Of a stretch of DNA of 22,952 nt, positions 15,186 to 22,952 are shown piece after piece. Under the pieces are notes generated by a model. That model worked only from the letters and a program-made list of their open reading frames with translations. It was not told the origin of the DNA and ran no database searches. The position numbers and the translations under genes were made by a program. Positions within the stretch are counted from its first letter, which is position 1. The number at the start of each line of letters is the position of its first letter. The DNA is from Candidatus Hodarchaeum mangrovi (lineage in GTDB: Archaea; Asgardarchaeota; Heimdallarchaeia; Hodarchaeales; Hodarchaeaceae), in contig JAEOUE010000117.1 in assembly GCA_016839515.1 (NCBI GenBank), forward strand, positions 1 to 22,952. The letters run 5' to 3'.

Positions 15186-17486
15186 TTATCGGAGGGCTTG
15201 GGGAAAAGTCTGGTCTTCTAATATCAATTTTTCAAACCCAATCATATCCACTTGTCCCTTTTTTAATATGGTTTCAGCTCTTTTTATATCAAAATCCCCT
15301 TGGAGAATCAAAGGGATCATGGGATGAACTGATTTAATTTCATTAACTACTGAAGAAATATCTAGAGCTTCTAAGTTTTTAGAATATCCAATACTTAACA
15401 AATCTATTCCTGCATCTCTTAACATTCCGATGAATTCTAAAATCTCCTCATTAACTAATCCTGGTATAGGTAAAGTCAAATGAAATGAAAGTATGGTTTT
15501 CGGAGAAAGATGTTGTTTTAATGATTTTAGAATTTCTATTATAAAACGAGATCTATTTACAAGACTTCCTCCATATTGATCCTCTCTTTTGTTAAATTCG
15601 CTTGAAAGGAATTGTCCTATCAAATTAGATTCTTTGTAAGGAATTAAACAAGCTGCTAATTCAATAATATCAAAGCCAGCATGATCAGCACGTTTTCCAG
15701 CTTGAACAAATTCGGATTGCAGATCAATTATCTGTGATTGGGTTAGTTCAACTGGTATTTGATTTTTATCATTAGGAATCGCTGAAGGAGCAAGAGGAGT
15801 TTCTCCTGTTAGAGATATAATTGCTGCAGCACCAGCGTGGTTCAATCTTAAACCAGCAAGTGAATTAAGCTGGTGAATTTGAGTAACAGTTTCCTCTAAT
15901 CGGGGAATTGTATAATCATCATGAATCCCAAGCTGATAAGCATGACTCTTGCCAGAACGAGAAATATATGCTGGTTCAAAATAAATGAGTGCTGTTCCTC
16001 CATCTGCTGTTGAAATATAATGATGACTTGCTTCCCGTGTTAATTGCCCCGAAACATCTTCTGCGATATTGAATTTTCTTTGATTTGAAAGTGAAGGAAG
16101 AACAACTCGGTTACGTGTTTTTAATGTCCCTAACTGGTATGATTGACTTAACACTGACTCTTTAGGAACACGATTTCGAATGGTCAATAAGATTGATGTT
16201 GCTATTGTATAAAGAGTCGCTGTAAAGAGAAATACATAGATAAATCCAAAAGTATCTACAATAAATCCCCCAATGCTTGCAGAGACACTCCAGAACATTC
16301 CCCAGGCCAAAGTCTCTAAGCTATTCCATTTTGCCCGAGAGGATGCTGGTACCACATCCATTACAATACTACGAGAAATGGGGCCACTAGCATTCATTAA
16401 AGCGTTCCGAGTAAGATAAAAACCTACAAGAATTACCACAGAGAGCTCCCATGTTATTATTTGATTCTGAAAAAGAAATATATTTACCACTAATCCGAGT
16501 AAGCAGATAATAGCTAAACCTTGGACTAAGAACATAGAAATAATTCGTCCAAAGAATTTTATCATCCGTTGAGCAACTAAACCCATAATACCTGTTGCGA
16601 TATTAGTAATACCAACCACTGAATAAGTAAAAAGAGGTTTTAATCCATATCCGATAGTTTCACTGGCAAAAAGAATAGGAAAAAATGCAACAGTAGCTCC
16701 AGCGCCAAACCCAATGATTATTCCACTTATAACAATAGTGATGGGGACTACCCAATCATAAGATGGTCTAGAAATATCGAAACTCTTATTAAACACCTGA
16801 AAGCTCTTCTTTACTCCAATATCTTCAATCTGATCATCTTGGGATAAAACTTTTTCTTTTCCTCTTTCCTGAACTGAAACTAAGGCTTTATCATCTGATG
16901 CAAAGATCACTGCAGCATTTCCAATGATATTTGCAAAGGCACCAAAGAAAATAATTACTTGTAGAACACTAAATTCCCAGTTATCTCCTAGGAAAATCGT
17001 TAAGGCAGCTGCAAGAAAGGGCCCTGCAGCAGCTGCCACGAGATTGATAAAGTGCATATTTGCAAATACTTTACTTCGATTACCAGGTTCAATACTGTCT
17101 GCAATCAAAGCCTGAGAAGCTGGACCGGATAATCCCCAACTCAGACCCCCAAATAATTGCGCAACGAAGAGAAGTACTAGAGCTGAAGAAGGAACTTTTG
17201 TCGTTGAATAAATTAAAATGATCTGCCCTAAGATACCAAAAAATACAGAAATTCGTATCAGAAAATCTCTACGATATTTATCTGCAAAATAACCTGAAGG
17301 GAAAACGAATATTGTGGAGGCAAGACCTGAAGTCGTGAAAAGATTACCTAATATTAGATTTGGAGTAAGAATGCCTACTTCCCCACTCAATAAATATACA
17401 TATACTGAAAAAGCGGTTTGTATGATTCCAAATCCAATTGCACCTGTTATCGTTTGAATATAGGCTAACCTAATGTTCCAATTCAT
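15186..17486 (-). CDS. MFS transporter fused to a C-terminal NADH:flavin oxidoreductase (Old Yellow Enzyme-like) TIM-barrel domain
   Basis: aa 1-~440 has about 12 TM segments and MFS motif A (GYFADKYRR). aa ~445-766 has LGTLKTRNRVVLP, LNHAG, PLAPSAIP, AGFDIIEL, QFLS and NKREDQYGGSLVNRSRFIIEI. Single uninterrupted ORF. Confidence 0.88.
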   Translation of the reverse strand: MNWNIRLAYIQTITGAIGFGIIQTAFSVYVYLLSGEVGILTPNLILGNLFTTSGLASTIFVFPSGYFADKYRRDFLIRISVFFGILGQIILIYSTTKVPSSALVLLFVAQLFGGLSWGLSGPASQALIADSIEPGNRSKVFANMHFINLVAAAAGPFLAAALTIFLGDNWEFSVLQVIIFFGAFANIIGNAAVIFASDDKALVSVQERGKEKVLSQDDQIEDIGVKKSFQVFNKSFDISRPSYDWVVPITIVISGIIIGFGAGATVAFFPILFASETIGYGLKPLFTYSVVGITNIATGIMGLVAQRMIKFFGRIISMFLVQGLAIICLLGLVVNIFLFQNQIITWELSVVILVGFYLTRNALMNASGPISRSIVMDVVPASSRAKWNSLETLAWGMFWSVSASIGGFIVDTFGFIYVFLFTATLYTIATSILLTIRNRVPKESVLSQSYQLGTLKTRNRVVLPSLSNQRKFNIAEDVSGQLTREASHHYISTADGGTALIYFEPAYISRSGKSHAYQLGIHDDYTIPRLEETVTQIHQLNSLAGLRLNHAGAAAIISLTGETPLAPSAIPNDKNQIPVELTQSQIIDLQSEFVQAGKRADHAGFDIIELAACLIPYKESNLIGQFLSSEFNKREDQYGGSLVNRSRFIIEILKSLKQHLSPKTILSFHLTLPIPGLVNEEILEFIGMLRDAGIDLLSIGYSKNLEALDISSVVNEIKSVHPMIPLILQGDFDIKRAETILKKGQVDMIGFEKLILEDQTFPQALR

Positions 17487-17647
17487 GCCAGTTCTCTTCT
17501 ATAATGATCTAAATGAAATAGATTTTACAATTTAAGAGTAAACCTATAAGTAAATAAATTATTAATTAGTGGTAAAAATGCCAATAAGTGATCATTAAGA
17601 TAAAAAAGAAAATCCCAAGATGTAAAAATATTTCTGGAGATTAGATT

Positions 17648-18133
17648 ATGACCCAAGCAGTAATTCAGACTAAGTATGGGGAGATTGTTATCGAATTTTA
17701 CGATTCTGTGATCAATACAGTGAAGAATTTCGTTTCTTTAGCAGAATCTGGCTTTTATAATGGCTTAACCTTTCATCGTGTGATACCCAATTTTGTAGCC
17801 CAAGGAGGATGTCCACATGGAACAGGAACAGGAGGTCCAGGATATACTATTCCTTGTGAAACAGAAATTAACAAAAAGAAAGGACATAAACACGAAAGAG
17901 GAGTGATTTCAATGGCTCATGCTGGAAAAGATACTGGAGGATCTCAATTCTTTCTGGTTAAAGCCCCACAACCCCATTTAGATGGAATTCATACTGTTTT
18001 CGGGAATATTATTGATGGTGAGGAAATAATTGACCAACTTAAACAAGGAGATAAGATGGAGAAAGTAGTAATCCGCAATAAGAGCTCAGCCATCGAAAAT
18101 CATACTCTAGTCAAACAATCATCTAGACGCTAA
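17648..18133 (+). CDS. Cyclophilin-type peptidyl-prolyl cis-trans isomerase
   Basis: [58 protein letters not shown] upstream. Confidence 0.95.
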   Translation: MTQAVIQTKYGEIVIEFYDSVINTVKNFVSLAESGFYNGLTFHRVIPNFVAQGGCPHGTGTGGPGYTIPCETEINKKKGHKHERGVISMAHAGKDTGGSQFFLVKAPQPHLDGIHTVFGNIIDGEEIIDQLKQGDKMEKVVIRNKSSAIENHTLVKQSSRR

Positions 18134-18193
18134 TGCTCCTGATTATAATTTATCACGCTATTCTCATTTTTCTCCTTAAAATAAGAAAGCTGG

Positions 18194-19606
18194 CTAGAGG
18201 GTTTGAGACTGCTCTTGTATTAATGCCCAAGCTTTAGTCACATGCTTTTCCTGAACTGCAGTCTGGCCAATGACAAATCTTAGAGTAAATTTTCCATCTA
18301 GTTTTGTATGTGTCATGAAAATTTTCCCTGTTTTGTTTATTTTCTCTAATAACTCTTCATTCATTCGGTTTAATTCTTCTTCCGCGGACACATTAGAGGG
18401 ACGATATCTGAAACAGATTGTATTCAGCGGTACTGGAGCTAATAGTTCAAAATTTACTGAGGTTTCAATTTTTTTCTTCAAATCCTCTGAAAGATTGAGA
18501 TGATATCTAATTCTTTGTTGTAATCCTTCTACTCCATAATGTCGAATTACCCACCAGAGTTTTAAAGCCCTGAAACGTCTTCCAAGTTGTAATCCCCAGT
18601 CTCTGAAATTTTTAACTCCTTCTGCTGTTGTTTTAAGATACTCTGGTAGGATTTCAAAAGTGTGGACCAATGCTTCGGGATCTTTAATGAAGTATGCTGA
18701 ACAATCAAAATTGGTAAACATCCACTTGTGGGGATTAAATACAAATGTATCAACATATTCTATTCCCTCTATCATCCACCGCTTTTCGGGGAGAAGTAAA
18801 GCTGTCCCCGCTAATGCTGCATCTACATGAAGCCAGATGTTATATCTTGAACATATTTCCCCTATTTCTTTCAAAGGATCAATTGCTGTGGAACCTGTTG
18901 TCCCAATTGTTGCAACAACTGCCATGGGTTTCATACCTTTGTCAATATCTGATTCAATAACTTCTTGGAGAGATTCTGATTGTAAGGCATACTCTGTATC
19001 AACTGGTATTTTCCTTAAATTCTCTTTTCCTATCCCAATTATTTTTATAGCTTTCTCAATACTTGAATGAGTCTCGCTAGAGCAATAGGTTGTTAAAATA
19101 CTCCGCTCAAATAATCCTAGCTTATTTACCTCATAATTATTAAGCTTTTCTCGGGCAGTAAGGAGAGAACAAATAGTGGATGTTGAAGCGGTGTCCTGGA
19201 TCACTCCACAAAAATGTTTAGGTAGGCCTATCATATCGCGTAACCATTCCATAACACGTTCTTCCAATTCAGTGGCAGCAGGAGAAGTAACCCAACTCAT
19301 GCATTGAGCACCAATAGCTGCGGTTAGCATTTCAGCAAGTACTGAGGGAGGAGAACTATTGGCAGGGAAGTATCCGAAAAAATTGGGACTTTGCCAATGA
19401 GTAATTCCAGGAATAATGATTTCTTCAAAATCTGAAAAAATCTGACTAAAAGACTCACCTTTCATTGGAGCATTTAAAGGTAGTTTGTTTAAGATTTCTT
19501 TAGGTTCAACTTGCGATTTTACGGGAAAATTTTCCACATTTTCTAGATAGTTTGCCATCCAGTCTACTATCTGGTGTCCATATTTTCGAAACTCATCTAA
19601 ATCCAT
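18194..19606 (-). CDS. ddc: Aromatic-L-amino-acid decarboxylase (group II PLP decarboxylase, DOPA decarboxylase-like)
   Basis: PGITHWQSPNFFGYFP, SPAATELE, ETHSS, GTTGSTAID, WLHVDAA, FNPHKW (PLP lysine), PEYL, LGRRFRALKLW. Start ATG 19606 preferred over TTG 19636. Confidence 0.9.
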   Translation of the reverse strand: MDLDEFRKYGHQIVDWMANYLENVENFPVKSQVEPKEILNKLPLNAPMKGESFSQIFSDFEEIIIPGITHWQSPNFFGYFPANSSPPSVLAEMLTAAIGAQCMSWVTSPAATELEERVMEWLRDMIGLPKHFCGVIQDTASTSTICSLLTAREKLNNYEVNKLGLFERSILTTYCSSETHSSIEKAIKIIGIGKENLRKIPVDTEYALQSESLQEVIESDIDKGMKPMAVVATIGTTGSTAIDPLKEIGEICSRYNIWLHVDAALAGTALLLPEKRWMIEGIEYVDTFVFNPHKWMFTNFDCSAYFIKDPEALVHTFEILPEYLKTTAEGVKNFRDWGLQLGRRFRALKLWWVIRHYGVEGLQQRIRYHLNLSEDLKKKIETSVNFELLAPVPLNTICFRYRPSNVSAEEELNRMNEELLEKINKTGKIFMTHTKLDGKFTLRFVIGQTAVQEKHVTKAWALIQEQSQTL

Positions 19607-19934
19607 TTTCAAATCATCCCTTTGATTGACCTTCAAATATTTATAAAAATTTTATAATAGTTTATTGTAGGGTAATAAAAAAGTACATTCGAGACTTGTA
19701 TTAGAAATAACACCTCAAAGAATAGAGTTGTTATATTCATCATAAAGTGAATATAAATCCCACTTGATGTAATATACTTATGTTCCGGCTTCCAGAAGGA
19801 AAAACAGGTTAGTGTTATTGCAAGAGATTCATGAAGCTTATTTTTCTCAAGTTTAGATTGATCTAGAAATCCTTTTTAATAAGCTAATGTTGATGAGTTA
19901 AAACTTTGTTTTTAAGGAAAAAGAAGGTCTTTCA

Positions 19935-21257
19935 ATGTCGTATGAAGTAAAAAAAGCCCAGAAGTTCAACGTAATTATTGCAGGAATTATTGGATGGGCA
20001 CACGATGGCTTTGCATTAGTGTTGGTGTCATTATTAGCTAATGATTTAATGGCTGCCTATAATGTAGGCAAAGCTGAGCTTGGTTTTGTCATGAGTGCCC
20101 AATATATCATGACAGTTTTTGGTGCTGCCTTTTTTGGGTTTTTAGCAGACCGATTTGGTCGTAAAAATGTTTTACTTATTTCTGTCCTATGGGATTCCAT
20201 ATTTACTGCTATATCTCCCTTGGCACCGAATTTTATAATCTTTGCAATGTTAAGGATGATTTCTGGACTTGGGGTTTCATGGGGAATATCCTTTTCCTTG
20301 CTTTCCGAGAGTTTTTCCCCTAAAAAACGTGGAATGGCCGGTGGACTTGTTCATGCGACATTCGTTGTTGGTTACATTGGTGCAGTGATCACCACTATGA
20401 TTCTTAAACCAATGTCCATAGTTCTTGGCTCCTTTGTTATATATGGTTGGCAGTTATGCTTCTTATCCGCCCTCTTCCCAGTTCCCTTCTTAATTTACCT
20501 TGAACTCACTCTCTCAGAGTCTCAGATGTGGGAAAAAGTAAAACAGGAAACTCCTGAGATAGAACGAGTGAGGTTCACCGAATTATTAGAATCTCGATGG
20601 CTTAGATATATGATTCTCCTAACCTTCTTATTCTGGTTATCTGAGTTTGCTTATCATGTTTTAGCAGATTGGGCTCCTACATACTTTGAATATGTTTTTA
20701 TCAATCAACTTCAAACTACAGGAGGAAATGTCGACTCTGCAGACACTCTTGCATTAATGGTTATGCTTGTAATAATGATTGTCGCAGGTTTCGCTTTATT
20801 TTTCACTGGATGGATTAGTGATCATATTGGCCGTCAAAATGCGTTTATTGGATGTTCTTTGATTGGAATTATTGGAATTTCTATTTTTATTATCGGAAAT
20901 TTTGTAACCTTTGATCTTATTATAATTATTCCTGCTGTATTAATTCTTACTTCATCCTTTGGTGTGCATGGAGTTTTTGGAATCTGGTCCAGTGAAACTT
21001 TCCCTACCAGGTTGCGTGCTACAGCCACTTCAATTATTTTTTCACTAGCCAGAGCATTGGGTCTGGGCGCATTCATTGTTGGCATAATTTCTGATTCTTT
21101 GACTCCTTCTGTCTCAGAATTTATTGATCCTATTGGATGGGCTAGAGCACTTGCTTTTGGGATGTCTTTAAGTATCATTGCTTATATCTTGATGATATTT
21201 GTTCCAAAACTTATCCCTGAGACAAAAGGAATTGATATTTCAAAAATTGCTGATTAA
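19935..21257 (+). CDS. MFS transporter (aromatic acid/sialate:H+ symporter-like)
   Basis: GFLADRFGRK, ESFSPKKRG, GWISDHIGRQ, SETFPTRLRATA, IPETKG; about 12 TM segments. Confidence 0.9.
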   Translation: MSYEVKKAQKFNVIIAGIIGWAHDGFALVLVSLLANDLMAAYNVGKAELGFVMSAQYIMTVFGAAFFGFLADRFGRKNVLLISVLWDSIFTAISPLAPNFIIFAMLRMISGLGVSWGISFSLLSESFSPKKRGMAGGLVHATFVVGYIGAVITTMILKPMSIVLGSFVIYGWQLCFLSALFPVPFLIYLELTLSESQMWEKVKQETPEIERVRFTELLESRWLRYMILLTFLFWLSEFAYHVLADWAPTYFEYVFINQLQTTGGNVDSADTLALMVMLVIMIVAGFALFFTGWISDHIGRQNAFIGCSLIGIIGISIFIIGNFVTFDLIIIIPAVLILTSSFGVHGVFGIWSSETFPTRLRATATSIIFSLARALGLGAFIVGIISDSLTPSVSEFIDPIGWARALAFGMSLSIIAYILMIFVPKLIPETKGIDISKIAD

Positions 21258-21263
21258 GAAGTT

Positions 21264-22952
21264 CTACTGAAGCTGAATCTTACCAGTTAGGAGCTGTTGC
21301 ATTAATCCTATAGTAAGTTTTTCAGTTTCAGTGGAAATATTTTTTGTTGTTATGAGAGTTTGATTTACAACACTCAAAATCTTTGTAATTCTTTTCTGCT
21401 CAGACAGAGGAGGAATAGGTATTCTTATTGTCTTAAAATCCACTGGATTTATTCCATGAGAACCCCCAGAAAATCGTTTTTTAATTTGATCTTGTACTAA
21501 AGCTGATGAGAGCAAATAAAATAGATATTTTTGTTCTAATTTGTTCGGATCCTTTGTTCTAACAATTAGAATTTTTTCATTGGCATATAATTGCTTATAT
21601 GGGAGTTCTTTGATAAAAACTGTATTTCCAGTGGTCTCTCCACTTTTAGAAACCAAAATATCGTGCAAGTGAACTTGTCCTTTCGTATTATCTTCTAATC
21701 CATCCTGTGTTGTAAAATCCAAGCTATCCCATTTAACTGTTCCAAATTCACCAAATTTTTTCTCTGAAATTATCGCAATATTCCCATTTTTAGACAATTT
21801 AACTGTTTTTCCATCTTGAAGTTCTATCATTTCACCCAAATTCAACGAATACCAAGTTGCTGGAAGATTCCCCTCCTCAGGTTCTTTAAAGCTGTCGAGC
21901 TCTGAAAGGACATTAATCACCTCTTGGCTTAAATGTGACCTTTCCATCTCTAAATGTAATAGATTAGCTTTACTCAATGATAAATCAATTATTTCATCTT
22001 GTAGAGATTTCTCAATATAGAGGGGAATATTAAGGTTAAAGGAATAATTTATTATTTCCTTAATGGTAACTAATTGGGAATAATCCTGAATTGTTCGAAA
22101 TTGTTTGAAAGTAGAAACAATTTTTTCAATTGAATGCTGGCTAAGAAAATTTTGAGGATTAGCTTCGATAACATCATTGAAGGCATCTATAAATAATATT
22201 TTTCCTTTTCGTTCTTTTAATTTGGATTTAGATAGGATTAGAATACACGCAGCAACTTTGGAATCATAAAAGAGATTGGGGGGAAGACCAATTATTGCTT
22301 CAATCAAATCTTGCTCAACAAGCTTTTTACGAATTTTTCGTTCCTCACCTCCTCGAAATAAGACCCCTGGTGGAAATACTGCTCCAAGTCGACCATTGGG
22401 TCTTAAAATTGCCAGTAAATGTTGTAAAAACATTAGATTTCCATAATGTGAAGAAGGTATACCAAACTGGAATCGTTCAAAAGGATCTTCGCTAGCTAAT
22501 TGCTGCCATGATCCTCCTATTCTAAAGGGAGGGTGAGTTAGTACCAAATCAAATTCTAGGAGTTGATCTCCTTGCTTAAACTTGGGATCAAAAAGAGAAT
22601 TACCTTTTTCAATTCTGATTGTATGCATATTATCTAGTAAAAGGTGTATTTTTGCCAAGGCGAATGTTTCTGAATCTTTTTCTTGACCATAAAGGTATAA
22701 ACCTTCAGTTTTACCTCCTTCTGCTTTTATATACTCAATACATTGAAACAAAGTCCCTGCAACTCCTAAGGCTGGATCGCAGATCCATTCTCCCTCCTTA
22801 GGATTGAGCAATTTTACAAGTAAATCATTTACTGTAGGAGGTGTAAGAGAGGAATTTTTTGTCCCAATAGACTCTTCAAATTTGACTAATAAATTTCGAT
22901 AGACTTGCCCTAAAATACTTGGATTTTCTAAATCTTGATTTCTTAAGCTAAA
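21264..22952 (-). CDS. hsdM: Type I R-M HsdM-like N6-methyltransferase fused to a single HsdS half (5'-truncated by window edge)
   Basis: The frame stays open to the window end (FSLRNQDLENPSILGQVYRNLLVKFEESIGTKNSSLTPPTVNDLLVKL...). HsdM motifs: YGQE, GVLFRGGEERKIR, IIGLPPNLFY, ILFIDA, NLNIPLYI. HsdS part starts at LPATWYSLNLGE (about 21866) and ends IPIPPLSEQKRI...LMQQLLTGKI. Confidence 0.85.
   Translation of the reverse strand, partial: FSLRNQDLENPSILGQVYRNLLVKFEESIGTKNSSLTPPTVNDLLVKLLNPKEGEWICDPALGVAGTLFQCIEYIKAEGGKTEGLYLYGQEKDSETFALAKIHLLLDNMHTIRIEKGNSLFDPKFKQGDQLLEFDLVLTHPPFRIGGSWQQLASEDPFERFQFGIPSSHYGNLMFLQHLLAILRPNGRLGAVFPPGVLFRGGEERKIRKKLVEQDLIEAIIGLPPNLFYDSKVAACILILSKSKLKERKGKILFIDAFNDVIEANPQNFLSQHSIEKIVSTFKQFRTIQDYSQLVTIKEIINYSFNLNIPLYIEKSLQDEIIDLSLSKANLLHLEMERSHLSQEVINVLSELDSFKEPEEGNLPATWYSLNLGEMIELQDGKTVKLSKNGNIAIISEKKFGEFGTVKWDSLDFTTQDGLEDNTKGQVHLHDILVSKSGETTGNTVFIKELPYKQLYANEKILIVRTKDPNKLEQKYLFYLLSSALVQDQIKKRFSGGSHGINPVDFKTIRIPIPPLSEQKRITKILSVVNQTLITTKNISTETEKLTIGLMQQLLTGKIQLQ

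Noticed and set aside
21264-22811. HsdM ORF starting at TTG 22811 as given in the track
   Set aside because: The frame is open for 47 more HsdM-like codons to the window edge, so the real start lies outside the window.

Overview
AT-rich, gene-dense prokaryotic window with no rRNA, tRNA, CRISPR array or transposase that I can see. It is probably archaeal, and Asgard-like (Heimdall/Hodarchaeal style). That assignment is an inference from a Roadblock gene pair, a cupin-type PGI, a membrane-anchored wHTH protein and a surface beta-propeller with a C-terminal anchor. From left to right the window holds: a partial DUF4386-like gene and an MDR oxidoreductase; a tandem-duplicated GbsR/MarR-like regulator divergent from a condensation-fold acyltransferase; a ceramidase-like hydrolase and cupin PGI; CsaA and CbrC; a five-gene + strand run (Roadblock, multidomain Roadblock protein, acyl-CoA dehydratase activase, Thr/Ser dehydratase, nitroreductase) followed by a structured 72-nt element; a transmembrane wHTH protein; an SBBP-repeat protein interrupted by an in-frame TGA; an MFS transporter fused to a degenerate Old Yellow Enzyme domain; a cyclophilin; an aromatic amino-acid decarboxylase; an MFS transporter; and a 5'-truncated HsdM-HsdS fusion with non-canonical motifs. 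The best novelty candidates are the Roadblock scaffold module (Roadblock + Roadblock-Roadblock-wHTH-coiled coil-Zn finger, with no GTPase nearby) and the MFS-pseudo-OYE fusion. All family calls come from motif recognition by eye; no searches were run.
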